From an uncultured delta proteobacterium (GTDB lineage Bacteria > Desulfobacterota > Binatia > UBA9968), in the NCBI GenBank assembly GCA_963745835.1, contig CAVUZH010000024.1, positions 256,001-320,000 on the forward strand: a stretch of DNA of 64,000 nucleotides, given 5' to 3'. Below the pieces are notes generated by a model. It saw nothing but the letters and a program-made list of their open reading frames with translations. It did not search any database and was not told the DNA's origin. The position numbers and the translations under genes were made by a program. How positions within the stretch are numbered: the first letter of the stretch is position 1; the number at the start of each line of letters is the position of its first letter. This document shows, piece by piece, positions 1 through 10,144 of this stretch.

Positions 1-571
1 CCGATGCCAGCTTTGCCCAGGCACGCGCGGCCAAAGAGCGAGGTTTATCCATCGTGGTTGTCGATGGCCATCACCTCTGCTTCAAGCGGCAATTTCGACG
101 CGGTTTTCACCAATGCCGCGCTTCATTGGATGCGGCAGCCGGAAAAGGTTGTGAAAGGAGTTTGGCAGTGTTTAAAAACCGGCGGGCGTTTCGTTGGAGA
201 GTTTGGCGCCAAGGGCAACGTCGAAACGGTTCGTTCAGCTCTGCACGAAGCGCTGCTCCGCCGCGGTATCGATCCCTTAGACGATAGATCCTTGGTACTT
301 TCCTTCGGCGGAAGATTTCTCAAATCTTCTGGTGAATTCGAGTTTCACGGTTCGCTCCATCGAAATCATTCAACGACCGACGCCGCTCCCCGGAGAGCTT
401 TTCGATTGGCTGGAAATTTTTGCCCAACCCTTTACCAACGCAATTGAAAAGCATCACCGGCAGTCCTTTCTTGATGAAGTATGCCGGCGAAGCGAAACCG
501 CCTTGCGGGACGCGTACGGGCGCTGGACAGTGGATTACGTTCGCTTGAGATTCGCCGCCGTAAGATGTTGA
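1..571 (+). CDS. Class I SAM-dependent methyltransferase (Tam-like), 5' truncated by window, frameshifted
   Basis: FDAVFTNAALHWM...GGRFVGEFGAKGNV in ORF 4..447 continues after a shift near 280 into PWYFPSAEDF...RPTPLPG...WTVDYVRLRFAA* (ORF 332..571). Confidence 0.85.
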
Positions 572-606
572 AAAATAAAAGGGGCAACCATTGTTGCCCC
601 TCTGTT
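571..606. terminator. Intrinsic terminator between convergent genes
   Basis: Hairpin AGGGGCAAC-CATT-GTTGCCCCT (580-601) with A-tract 571-580 (U-tract on minus strand). Confidence 0.8.
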
Positions 607-661
607 AATCGCGGTCAATGATGATGCAGCGTCAAGCTACTTACGCCGCCGGCTTATCAGC

Positions 662-1129
662 TCAGCTAGCTTTGCTCTTTTTTTCGGCCGCAAGTTTTCG
701 GGCCTTGCGATCGCGCTGTTTCAAGCACGATTGTGATCGGCTGCCAGCGGTTTCCGGCTTTGGCTCCTGGCATGATAAACAGATGGGGCATATCCATCCG
801 CCGCACGGGCAGCGGCCGCCAGGCTTATTGCCAATACCCGGCTTAGTGTGAAACGAGTGCTTGCAACTCGGGCAGACGACATCGACAACACCTTCAAGGA
901 TCTCGAAATCCTCAGCCGGGGCTATGCGGCGCAGCGCCTCTCCTTCCACCATTACGCGGTACTGGAAGGTTTCCTTTGAATTAAGCTTGTCGAGACCATG
1001 GCCTGCTTTTGTAAAGCAGGCTTTGATCTCGGTGACACCATCGATCCGACCTTCATACCCGACCACTTTGTGCCGGATCACTGTCCCATTTTCGAGCTTC
1101 ATGTGAATTTGCTCAATCGCCTTCGACAT
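662..1129 (-). CDS. Hypothetical protein with C-terminal Cys-rich (Zn-binding) region
   Basis: 155 aa ORF, AGGAGG RBS, CPSC...CPCGGWICPICLSC motif. Confidence 0.75.
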   Translation of the reverse strand: MSKAIEQIHMKLENGTVIRHKVVGYEGRIDGVTEIKACFTKAGHGLDKLNSKETFQYRVMVEGEALRRIAPAEDFEILEGVVDVVCPSCKHSFHTKPGIGNKPGGRCPCGGWICPICLSCQEPKPETAGSRSQSCLKQRDRKARKLAAEKKSKAS

Positions 1130-1143
1130 AATGCCCTCCTGGC

Positions 1144-1184
1144 AGAAAACAAAAAGCCTCCGGCTCGTTTAAAGCGCAGAGGCG
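1144..1184 (-). terminator. Probable intrinsic terminator
   Basis: Minus strand GCCTC...GAGGC stem followed by TTTTTGTTTTCT, immediately before the RBS of 662..1129. Confidence 0.55.
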
Positions 1185-1313
1185 TTGCTAATAGGTAAAG
1201 ATTTCACGCTATCAAACGACGCGTAATTCTAACACTTTCGTCTTCCGGTAAACAACTCCTCAGGTAAGTGCCGCCAGGCGGTAGCTACGGTATACGTATC
1301 CCATGGCTGCGAC

Positions 1314-1601
1314 TCACCGAATGTAAATATGAACCGCGTCTTCTTCGAGTCGATGATCGCCGGCGATGATGCGCACGATACTACGCACATTTCGGCTGAC
1401 GTTGTCCAGGTCGCCCACAGGAAACCCATCCTTGATGAAACGGCCGATCAGTTTCTCCTCGCCTTGAGTGATAATTTGCAAAAAATCGCCATTGTTCTCC
1501 TTAAAGTAGCGATCGGTTCCCGGCGCGGGGCTATCTAAGCCATGCTGCAACTTCGTTGAAATTTTTATGCCGACAAAAAGTCGTTTGTCCGTCTCCGACA
1601 T
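1314..1601 (-). CDS. Hypothetical protein (95 aa)
   Basis: ORF with GAAGGGGA RBS and protein-like composition. Confidence 0.7.
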   Translation of the reverse strand: MSETDKRLFVGIKISTKLQHGLDSPAPGTDRYFKENNGDFLQIITQGEEKLIGRFIKDGFPVGDLDNVSRNVRSIVRIIAGDHRLEEDAVHIYIR

Positions 1602-1916
1602 TTTACATTCCCCTTCAGCTTGTAGTCATCAGTCGATGACATCGTGCGGCGATAGCGAAAACGCGACTGAGCCGAAATCGCTGCCGGCCTGAGTGCGTTC
1701 TAGTTCTATATGGAGCGTTAGCTGTTTAGCGAGTACATATGCTAATACAATCTTTGCTTCTTGTAAACGCGTTCGGGAACAACCCAAATACCTGCCTTTC
1801 GTCTTGCGAATTTCATATACCCGATACTATTTTAGTAGCTTGTACCGCACTTGGCGCTTGAAAAAAGCTGCTGAATGCTGATAAGCCCGGAGTCACATTT
1901 ACTGACGGAGGCTCCC

Positions 1917-2247
1917 ATGCAATTTTGCAGGATGTATAGCGGCGCTGACGGGAAGTCACACTTCGAAGAGCTCGAACAAAATGCAGGTTCACAAGCTTTT
2001 CTTAAACTCATTGCCGGTGAAAGCGCTGGTTTTTAAGAACGACATGAACCGGGAGGATCTTCATGGTTGGCACAATGCGCCGCGTCGGCAGTGGTGTATT
2101 ACATTATCGGGGTCGGTGGAGATCGGCATCGGCGACGGAACGGTGAAAACATTCGGGCCAGGCGATGTTTTTCTCGCCGAAGACCTCACCGGCCAAGGGC
2201 ATACCGCCTTGCCAAAAGCTTGGGTGCGCGCATTCGTGCACGTATAA
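1917..2247 (+). CDS. Cupin-domain protein (frameshift near 2003)
   Basis: GGAGG RBS, ATG 1917 MQFCRMYSGADGKSHFEE; continues into WHNAPRRQWCITLSG...GPGDVFLAEDLTGQGH cupin motif. Confidence 0.8.
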
Positions 2248-2454
2248 CAATTTTCTCATCGCGGCTACAATCTTAGGCAACGCCCTGAAATTCGGCACCG
2301 CTGTATGATCAAAGCGCCGAGACAAACCCTTGGTGGCCTGAACAGAACCGGTTTAGCGCCGTTAGCCGAATGGCTCAGATCTTGGGCTTGATGGCGAGCG
2401 TCTCCTGAGTTCTAATACCGCAGTGAGCGATTTGGAAAAACGTCGAGGTGATTC

Positions 2455-3465
2455 ATGCATCGTTTTTCGGTGACCATTGCGATTCACGCAATAGTGATGA
2501 TCTCCGTGCTCTTCGCAGCACCGGTATCAGCCCAAGAAAAACTACGGGTTGGGTTGAGCTCGGTCAGCGCAACCAACGGCAGTATTTGGGTGGCTGAAGA
2601 CAAGGGATTGTTTCGAAAACACGGCATCGATGTCGAGGTGATCGTGGTTGGTGGCGGCGGCGCCCGCGTCGTTAGTTCCTTGGTTGCGGGTGACCTGCAC
2701 TTCTCAGTCGGTGGCGGCGAAGGATCTGTCCGTTCGCAGATCAGGGGAGCCGACACGGTCATCGCGGCCTCCTCGCTGAGCAAGGGACTGCAACGGATCA
2801 TGGCACGGCCCGAAATCAAAAGTTACCAGGAGCTCAAGGGTCGCAGAATCGGCATCACCCAGTACGGCTCGGCTGCGCATCTCGTTCTTCTTCTGATGCT
2901 CAAGAAGTGGAACATGCGAACCGATCAGGTACAGATTCTCCAGGTCGGCTCTTCTCCAGCCATGCTCGCGAGCCTCGACAAGGGCGGAATCGACGCCGCG
3001 GTATTGACCTTGCCTACTTTCTTCGTCGCTGAAGATCGCGGATACCGGATCGTCGGCGATCCAATCACGATGGACATCTTCTATTTGCAAAACACCCTGG
3101 AAAGCACGCGAGGTTTCTTGCGTAAAAACCGCGATGGCGCCGTCAGATTCATGCGCGGATATATCGAAGGAATCGCCTACTTCAAAAATAACAAGAAGGA
3201 GAGCCTCGATGTACTGCGAAAAAAGCTTAGGATTCAGTCCGAGCAGGAACGCGACAATCGATATCTTGAGCAGTCATACAATCTCCTCGCAACCGCGTAC
3301 AATGATGTTCCTTATCCGGCGTTGAAAAGCGTCCAGACGATCATCGACAAAGTCGCCGAAGATGAGCCCAAAGTGAAAGAGAGAGACGTTAAGTCGTTTG
3401 TAGATGATACTCTCATCAAAGAGTTAGAGGACAGTGGTTTTACCAAAGCGCTGTATGCTCGGTAA
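2455..3465 (+). CDS. ABC-type substrate-binding protein, NMT1/THI5-SsuA family
   Basis: Signal peptide ending SAQ; KGLFRKHGIDVE, LKGRRIGITQYGS, C-terminal D..L.KELEDSGF. Confidence 0.9.
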   Translation: MHRFSVTIAIHAIVMISVLFAAPVSAQEKLRVGLSSVSATNGSIWVAEDKGLFRKHGIDVEVIVVGGGGARVVSSLVAGDLHFSVGGGEGSVRSQIRGADTVIAASSLSKGLQRIMARPEIKSYQELKGRRIGITQYGSAAHLVLLLMLKKWNMRTDQVQILQVGSSPAMLASLDKGGIDAAVLTLPTFFVAEDRGYRIVGDPITMDIFYLQNTLESTRGFLRKNRDGAVRFMRGYIEGIAYFKNNKKESLDVLRKKLRIQSEQERDNRYLEQSYNLLATAYNDVPYPALKSVQTIIDKVAEDEPKVKERDVKSFVDDTLIKELEDSGFTKALYAR

Positions 3466-3644
3466 CGAAACGCAGGGCGATTCCAAATCGAGGGTTTCGA
3501 TTTGTCAAACTGCAAGTCGATTCTTCTGTCCGTCGTCTCCGCGCATGCGGGAATCTAGGCTCTGTCTCATCTGCATTCCGCCTTTTTTAAGGGGATTTAG
3601 GAAAAGATACAAAATATTCAACACAGGGAATTAACTCTGCACAA

Positions 3645-4451
3645 CTAAACTTTGATAAACTCCCGAATTAACCTATGAGCTTCGTCAGGATTTGAGAAGA
3701 AATAGCTATGACGCTCGTTGGGTAGCACGACGAGCCTGGAATTGGGGATTCCATTGGCTAAGATTTCCGATGACATTCGGTGATTCATCTCGCTGGTCAT
3801 GTTCCGGTCCCCGTCACCGACTAGGATCAGCGTCGGCTGTTTGATGTCCTTTAGTCGTTGGCTCGTATCGTGGCTTTGACGCGCGAGCAAGTGACGCAAA
3901 TAGAATTCCACCGGGCAGAGATTGTGCATTCTCACTTTTAAATAGTTTTCGATCTTTTCGGGATGAGATTTGACATACTCCTCGGTCCAACCGACCAAGA
4001 TGGTATGATCCCGTTCGTATTTCTCGTATCCCCATTCGATCATTTCCTTACAGATCTTTAACGGCAAGCCTTTGGTCAGCGGATAATGCGCCCCGGTCGA
4101 AGCTAACACCAGTTTGTGAACTTTGCTTGGATGATCGAGGGCGAGCAACTGCGCCACCCTACCGCCCATCGAATGGCCCACAACGATCGCATTTTCGGCG
4201 TCGAGATGATCCATCAAAGCGACGACGTCCTCGGCGAACATCGTCGTGGTGTAATCGATGGAGGGTTTGCTCGACTGACCGGTGCCGCGATAGTCGTGAA
4301 TGATCACGCGATGGTCGCGGGAAAACTCCTCGATTTGATTGATCTTCCAAACCTCGCCGTCGCACGCGGTTTCGCTCAGAAATACCATCGGGCGGCCCTT
4401 GCCGTGCTCTTCGTAGTAAATTTCCACGTCGTTCACTTTGACGGTAGGCAT
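3645..4451 (-). CDS. Alpha/beta-fold hydrolase
   Basis: YYEEHGKG, DYRGTGQS, nucleophile elbow GHSMGG, C-terminal His (ERHS). Confidence 0.9.
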   Translation of the reverse strand: MPTVKVNDVEIYYEEHGKGRPMVFLSETACDGEVWKINQIEEFSRDHRVIIHDYRGTGQSSKPSIDYTTTMFAEDVVALMDHLDAENAIVVGHSMGGRVAQLLALDHPSKVHKLVLASTGAHYPLTKGLPLKICKEMIEWGYEKYERDHTILVGWTEEYVKSHPEKIENYLKVRMHNLCPVEFYLRHLLARQSHDTSQRLKDIKQPTLILVGDGDRNMTSEMNHRMSSEILANGIPNSRLVVLPNERHSYFFSNPDEAHRLIREFIKV

Positions 4452-4606
4452 CGCTCCTCCTCGTAGCCCGCTCGCTTTCTACTGACTCGATGCATATTCA
4501 AAGAAAGTTTGCTTGGCAAGAACCGGGGCAAAATTCCTTGACTGGAGACTCGCCATGGCGATATTGCAAAAACCTGCCGCGGATTTTTTGGCAACTCGGA
4601 GGCTCA

Positions 4607-5620
4607 ATGAAAGAAATCTCGTTTCCGTGCTTAATTTTGCGGATTTGTTTGTTTCTCTTATCGCCGGCACCCGGTTTGGTTCTTGCGCAGCAACCGGTCA
4701 AACTCGCCTTCCCTTACGGTCCGCTCGGGCTCAACAGCGTCCCCTGGATAGTGGCTAAAGAAATCCGCATCTTCGAGAAGAACGGCCTGGACCTCGATAT
4801 GGTGTACGTCGGCGCGTCGGCGGTAATTGTTCAGTCGATGCTTTCCGGCTCGTCCAATGTCGCAGGTTTTGGCGGTCCAGCCGTCATCACCAACGTCCTG
4901 CGCGGCGGTGATATCATCCAAGTCGCCGCAATGGCCCCTTACTTTACCCAGTCTTTGTTCGTTCGTCCCGATATTCGCGATCTGCGCAGCCTCGACGGCA
5001 AAAAAATTGGCATAACGCGGTTCGGCTCGGTCACCGATTTCGCGCTTAGATCCATCATCGAGAGGCACAACATCAAGGGTGTGAACGTTCTTCAAATGGG
5101 CGGCTTCCCGGAAGCCGTCGCCGGACTGTCGCGCGGAGCAATCGACGGCGCAGTTTTTTCACCGCCGCACAATTTTCGCATGCTCAAAGAAGGCTTTCGC
5201 GAGCTGGTCTCGCAGAAGGATCTACGCGCGTTCGGCAGCGGATTTCTCACCCAAGGGATTGTCGCGCGGAGATCATTTGCCGCGACTCACCGCGAGATTA
5301 TTGTCCGGCTGATCAAATCCACGGTCGAGGGCACTAAATACGCCGTGACTAATGAAGATTCGACGAAGCGAATCATTGGAAAATATCTCGGCATTAGCGA
5401 CGGCGACCTCTTACGCCAGAGTTATCTTTATGTTGTTGACACTTTCGTTCGTGAGCCCTTCGTCCCCGAAAGCGTGATGCAGGCAATGGTACAGCGCATG
5501 GTCGAGGTCAATATGATCGACGTGAAATCCGCCCAAGCAACGCTGACCACCGCTTACTACGACAACTCGTACGTCGCTGAACTGAAGCAGAGCGGTTTCC
5601 TCGACAATATTTGGAAGTAA
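4607..5620 (+). CDS. Substrate-binding protein, NMT1/THI5-SsuA family
   Basis: GGAGG RBS before ATG 4607, signal peptide, GKKIGITRFGS, DNSYVAELKQSGF. Confidence 0.9.
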   Translation: MKEISFPCLILRICLFLLSPAPGLVLAQQPVKLAFPYGPLGLNSVPWIVAKEIRIFEKNGLDLDMVYVGASAVIVQSMLSGSSNVAGFGGPAVITNVLRGGDIIQVAAMAPYFTQSLFVRPDIRDLRSLDGKKIGITRFGSVTDFALRSIIERHNIKGVNVLQMGGFPEAVAGLSRGAIDGAVFSPPHNFRMLKEGFRELVSQKDLRAFGSGFLTQGIVARRSFAATHREIIVRLIKSTVEGTKYAVTNEDSTKRIIGKYLGISDGDLLRQSYLYVVDTFVREPFVPESVMQAMVQRMVEVNMIDVKSAQATLTTAYYDNSYVAELKQSGFLDNIWK

Positions 5621-5711
5621 ATGATGTCATTCGCTTGACGGCCAATCGCTATTTCACGTAGTTTGCGTTTAATTGGTCAATGATGGTTTTCACAATACTT
5701 GGAGTAATCCC

Positions 5712-6734
5712 ATGCCGGGCTGGATAAGAGTAGTTTTTTGCATTACCGTCGTTCTCCTCCTCACGCTCGTGGCCGCGAGTGCGCGCGCTCAAGACAAAAT
5801 TCGCATCGGTCTTAGCTCCATCAGCGCGACCTCCGGCAGTATATGGGTCGCCGAAGAAAAAGGGCTCTTCAAAAAGCATGGCATCGACGCAGAGGTCATT
5901 ATTATAGGCGGCGGCGCAGCGCGTGTCGTCAGTTCGCTGATCGCGGGCGAGATTCAGTTCTCCGTCGGCGGGGGTGATGCGGTTATCCGAGCCGCCCTCA
6001 GAGGCGCAGATGGCGTGCTCGTGGCTTCGCCAATGAAGACGGGCTTGCAGCGACTGATGGTTCGGCCGGAGATTAAAACGCCGGCGGATCTTAAAGGCAA
6101 AACTATCGCGGTCACCCGCTTTGGCTCGGCATCACATTGGGTCCTGCAACTGTTTCTGCGCAAATGGGGCATGCGCCCCGATGACATCAAGATGCTCCAA
6201 CTCGGCTCGTCGCCGGCGATGTTCGCAAGCTTGGAAAAAGGCGCCGTAGACGGCGGGGCATTTACGATCCCGACATTCTTTCTTGCTGAAGAACGAGGCT
6301 ATCGGATCCTGGCCGACCCCGTGGACATGGAGATCTATTATTTGCAAAACTCCATCGACAGCACACGAGGCTACATTAAGCGCAACCGCGATCAGTCGCT
6401 GCGCGTTATCAAGGCCCTGTGCGAGGGTCTCGCCTATTTTCGAAAAAACAAAAAGGAAAGCATGGAGATCATGCAAAAAAAGCTGCGTATCCAATCCGCC
6501 CAGGAAAGAGACGTCAAGTATCTCGAGCTTTCCTATAACCTTTTAGCCGATAAGTTTTATAACCGAGTCCCCTACGCCACACCCAAAGCCGTCGAGACCA
6601 CCCTCGAGTTCATTGCTGGCGAGGAGCCGAAAGCCAAAGGCGCCGATCCCAAACAGTTTCTCGATGAAAGCCTGGTGCGCGAAGTCGAGGCCAGCGGCTT
6701 TATTAAAAAACTTTACGACACCGAGTATCGGTAA
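5712..6734 (+). CDS. Substrate-binding protein, NMT1/THI5-SsuA family; close paralog of 2455..3465
   Basis: Shares GSIWVAE, FSVGGG, AAVLTLPTFF/GAFTIPTFF and KKLRIQS.QERD with 2455..3465. Confidence 0.9.
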   Translation: MPGWIRVVFCITVVLLLTLVAASARAQDKIRIGLSSISATSGSIWVAEEKGLFKKHGIDAEVIIIGGGAARVVSSLIAGEIQFSVGGGDAVIRAALRGADGVLVASPMKTGLQRLMVRPEIKTPADLKGKTIAVTRFGSASHWVLQLFLRKWGMRPDDIKMLQLGSSPAMFASLEKGAVDGGAFTIPTFFLAEERGYRILADPVDMEIYYLQNSIDSTRGYIKRNRDQSLRVIKALCEGLAYFRKNKKESMEIMQKKLRIQSAQERDVKYLELSYNLLADKFYNRVPYATPKAVETTLEFIAGEEPKAKGADPKQFLDESLVREVEASGFIKKLYDTEYR

Positions 6735-6797
6735 CATTGATATGAACTTGAACACTTCGTTCAGCACGTGATCGGTTTATTCGATCGATCTGACGAG

Positions 6798-6830
6798 TTG
6801 AAAGATTTGAATGGCTTGAACGCTTTGAAT
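6798..6830. repeat. 9-nt periodic TTGAAnnnn repeat abutting RBS
   Basis: TTGAA at 6798, 6807, 6816, 6825 then AAGGAG. Confidence 0.7.
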
Positions 6831-6842
6831 AAAGGAGTTCGA

Positions 6843-7725
6843 ATGCCCGACTACAAAGAAATTCTTTATACCAAGCAGCGCGGCGGAGTCCTCATCACAT
6901 TGAATCGTCCCGAGGCGCTCAATGCCATCACCCGGCCAATGTTGAAAGAACTGCATGACGCCCTGGATGAAGCCGAAGCCGATCCCGACATCCGCGCCAT
7001 CGTCATCACCGGCGCCGGACGGGCATTCAGTTCGGGATTCGATCAAACCACCACTACAGGCCGACGCCGCGACATTCAGTGGCCCTACGGCATTCAGACC
7101 GGCATGAGCGCCGCCGGATCTGATGAACTACTGGAGCGCCGATGACGTCAAGCTCATCCGGATATTCGAGATGACCAAACCGGTGATCGGCGCGGTCAGA
7201 GGTTGGGCCATGGGGGGAGGCTGCTGGCTAGCTCTTTATACCCATATCACCATCGCTGCGGAGGATGCTGTTTTCGCCCAGCCGGAAGTGCGCCACGGCT
7301 CCAACACGACTTTTATGTGGACGCTTTTGGCCGGTTTCAAAAACGCCTTGCGCTATGGATTAGTCGGCGATCATATCGACGCTCAAGAAGCGCTGCGCAT
7401 CGGCCTGGTCAACAAAGTCGTGCCGGTCGATCAACTGCTGGAGGAAAGCTTCAACATCGTCGAGCGCATCGCCCATGTGCCTCCGGAAACAGTAAAGATC
7501 AATCTGCAAATTTCCACGATGGGGCTGCAGATGATGGGACTGCGCGACGCGCTGCGCATGGATGAGACTCTCTCCATTCCAGCCCACATGATGCTCAACG
7601 AGGAGTTTCGCCGTCCGCTCGACGAAGCTCGCGCCAGCCAAGGGACAAAGGCCTACCTGCAGTTGCGCGATGGGCCGTTTCAGCCGGAACCGTTTGGACC
7701 GCGATCGAAAAAAAAGACGGAGTAA
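6843..7725 (+). CDS. Enoyl-CoA hydratase/isomerase (crotonase) family protein 1 (frameshift near 7120)
   Basis: ITLNRPEALNA, GRAFSSGFD, KPVIGAVRGWAMGGG, QPEVRHG, EALRIGLVNKVVP; split over ORFs 6768..7145 and 7123..7725. Confidence 0.9.
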
Positions 7726-7796
7726 TGGAGTGTTGGAGCAAAGGAGTATCGGTTTTCAGTCCCATCACTCGACGAGTTCACTACTCCATAACTCCA
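7719..7796. repeat. 8-nt periodic GGAGTAAT-type inverted repeat
   Basis: GGAGTAAT GGAGTGTT GGAGCAAA GGAGTATC...CTACTCCATAACTCCA; includes the stop codon of the crotonase. Confidence 0.75.
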
Positions 7797-7811
7797 ATTT
7801 TGAAACTAACT

Positions 7812-10037
7812 ATGACTAATTCGACAAATACCAGCACCGCCGTCATGTGGCGTGATCTCGCACCGCTCATGAATCCGCGCTCCGTGGCAATTATCGGCGC
7901 ATCGCAGCGTAGCGCATCGGCACTCAATCGCGAACCCAGAGGCAACCGGGTTATCCGCAATCTGAAAAGCTTCGGTTACCCCGGGCAAATCGTGGCGGTC
8001 AATCCCAAGTACAGCGAGGTTATGGATTACCCGTGCTATCCCGAGATCAGCGCGATTCCGCAACCTGTCGATTGCGTCGTCTTGGCTGTTCCCAATCGCC
8101 AGGTTCCCGACCTTCTGGAATCCGCGGCAGCTTCCGGAGTTCGCGCGGCGGTTGTCTTCTCCGCCGGCTTTGCCGAGACCGGGGCAGACGGAAAGCAACG
8201 CCAGGCAAGACTCGAAGCGCTTTCGCGCGACCGTGGCTTTTTGATCTGCGGTCCGAACTGCTACGGCGTTTTGAATGTGTTCGGGAAAGCGCCGCTCTTC
8301 GCCTCGACCATTCCGCAAGGATTTCTCGCCGGGCCGGTTGCCCTGGTTTCACAAAGCGGCGGTCTGAGCACGACCATCGCCAACGCGTTGATGTTGAATC
8401 GCCATGTCGGTCTAAGCCATATCGTCTCGTGCGGCAATCAGGCAGGCGCTACGGTCGAGGAATATTTTAACTACCTCGCCGAAGACGAAAACACCCGCGT
8501 AATTGCCGGCTTCGTCGAGGGCTTCAAGCAACCCCATCAACTACTGGCTGTGGCGCGCAAAGCCTCCGCACGGAACAAGCCTTTGATTATTTTGAAGGGG
8601 GGCAGATCGGAAGTCTCGCAACGGGCGGCGGCAACCCATTCGGGATCCCTTGCCGGAGCGGCGGAAGTCATTGATGCGGCGTTTCGTCAATCCGGCGTCG
8701 TCTCGGTTCGCAGCATAAATGAATTGATCGATGCGATCAGCGTTTTTTCCTGCGATGGGTTCGTTAAACACTACCGGGGTGGCAGGCGCATAGGCGTGCT
8801 CAGCGGCTCTGGCGGTGAATGCACATTGGTGTCCGACGCAGCCGCGAGCGTCGGCCTCGAAGTTCCGGAACTGACGGAATCGACGAAGTCGCATCTGCAA
8901 GAAGCCGTTGCCGATTTCGGCAATATGAATAACCCTCTCGATGGCACCGGCGCCATGTACGACGATGAAAAGATATTTCCCCGGTTGCTCCAGGCGCTGA
9001 TCGAGGACGCCAACATCGATGTCGTCACCGTCAACCTCGAAGCCAATGATCCAAGGCCGAAAGAATTAAAGAGCGGCAATCGATTCGCTCAGGCCATCGA
9101 GACAGCCGCAGCGTCGAGTCAAAAACCCATCGCATGTTTCAGTTCGGTTGTCGGCGGGCCGGTTGATCCCGAGATTCTTCTGCCGCTTCGTAAAGCCGGC
9201 GTGCCTCTCATGGAAGGCGCGGAATGCGCAACAACCACCATCCGCAATTTAGCCGAATTTTATGAATTTCAAGAAAGCCGGCAATCGGATGCAGCCGGAG
9301 ACCTGCGGGCTCCTGGTCGAAAACTCGCTTCCGGAATGCTGCCGGCTCAAGCCGCTTTCCAACTGCTCGAGGAATTCGGCATTTCAGCGACTCCGATGGC
9401 GCTGGCTCACAGCGCAGACGACGCAGCCGCGGTTGTCGAGCGCATCGGCTTCCCGGTCGCGCTCAAGATCGAATCCGCGCAGATCACGCATAAGAGCGAC
9501 GTGGGCGGAGTGGCGCTGAAGCTCTCCGACACAGCTGCAGTACGGAGTGCCTATAATCAAATGATCGCCGATGTGAGCCGCCGAGCGCCCCACGCAAAGC
9601 TCGACGGCGTTGTCGTGCAGCGGATGGCGCGCGAAGGCGTCGAGATGATCCTCGGCGTCAAGCGCGATCCACTTTTCGGCCCGGTCGTGCTCTGCGGGTT
9701 TGGCGGCATTCTCGTCGAACTTCTTAAAGATGTCAGCATCGGCATCCCGCCGCTATCGCGGCAACAGGCGCATGACATGCTCAAGCGCCTGCGTGGTTTT
9801 CCGATTCTCGCCGGCGCGCGCGGCAAGCCGGCTGCGGATATCGACGCGCTGTGTGAGGCAATCGTGGGCCTGTCCAAACTGGCCTGGAGCTTCGCTGACC
9901 AGCTCGCCGGCTTGGATATCAATCCGGTGATTGTGCTGCCAAAGGGCGAAGGCGTCGTCGCGGTCGATGCGCTGGTGGAAATTCAACTAATGGTAACCGT
10001 TCGCAGAAATTGCTTCGATGCGAACGCTGAGTCGTGA
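7812..10037 (+). CDS. Acetate/acyl-CoA ligase (ADP-forming) family, fused CoA-binding and ATP-grasp domains
   Basis: PRSVAIIGAS, GPNCYG, VSQSGG, AAATHSGSLAG (phospho-His), NPLD, HKSDVGGV, LDINP. Confidence 0.9.
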   Translation: MTNSTNTSTAVMWRDLAPLMNPRSVAIIGASQRSASALNREPRGNRVIRNLKSFGYPGQIVAVNPKYSEVMDYPCYPEISAIPQPVDCVVLAVPNRQVPDLLESAAASGVRAAVVFSAGFAETGADGKQRQARLEALSRDRGFLICGPNCYGVLNVFGKAPLFASTIPQGFLAGPVALVSQSGGLSTTIANALMLNRHVGLSHIVSCGNQAGATVEEYFNYLAEDENTRVIAGFVEGFKQPHQLLAVARKASARNKPLIILKGGRSEVSQRAAATHSGSLAGAAEVIDAAFRQSGVVSVRSINELIDAISVFSCDGFVKHYRGGRRIGVLSGSGGECTLVSDAAASVGLEVPELTESTKSHLQEAVADFGNMNNPLDGTGAMYDDEKIFPRLLQALIEDANIDVVTVNLEANDPRPKELKSGNRFAQAIETAAASSQKPIACFSSVVGGPVDPEILLPLRKAGVPLMEGAECATTTIRNLAEFYEFQESRQSDAAGDLRAPGRKLASGMLPAQAAFQLLEEFGISATPMALAHSADDAAAVVERIGFPVALKIESAQITHKSDVGGVALKLSDTAAVRSAYNQMIADVSRRAPHAKLDGVVVQRMAREGVEMILGVKRDPLFGPVVLCGFGGILVELLKDVSIGIPPLSRQQAHDMLKRLRGFPILAGARGKPAADIDALCEAIVGLSKLAWSFADQLAGLDINPVIVLPKGEGVVAVDALVEIQLMVTVRRNCFDANAES

Positions 10038-10144
10038 TCCCCGCGCAGTGAATTGTAGTCGCTTGGGATTCCACTCGCGCGCGCTGACCGATGATTCTTA
10101 CATTTACCGGAACCTTGATCCGGCAAATCGCACGCGGAGGAAAT

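Noticed and set aside
7725-7811. N-terminal extensions of ORFs 7725..10037, 11171..12106 and 6768..7145
   Set aside because: The extensions are translations of intergenic repeats; downstream starts fit the domain boundaries and, for the crotonases, have a good RBS
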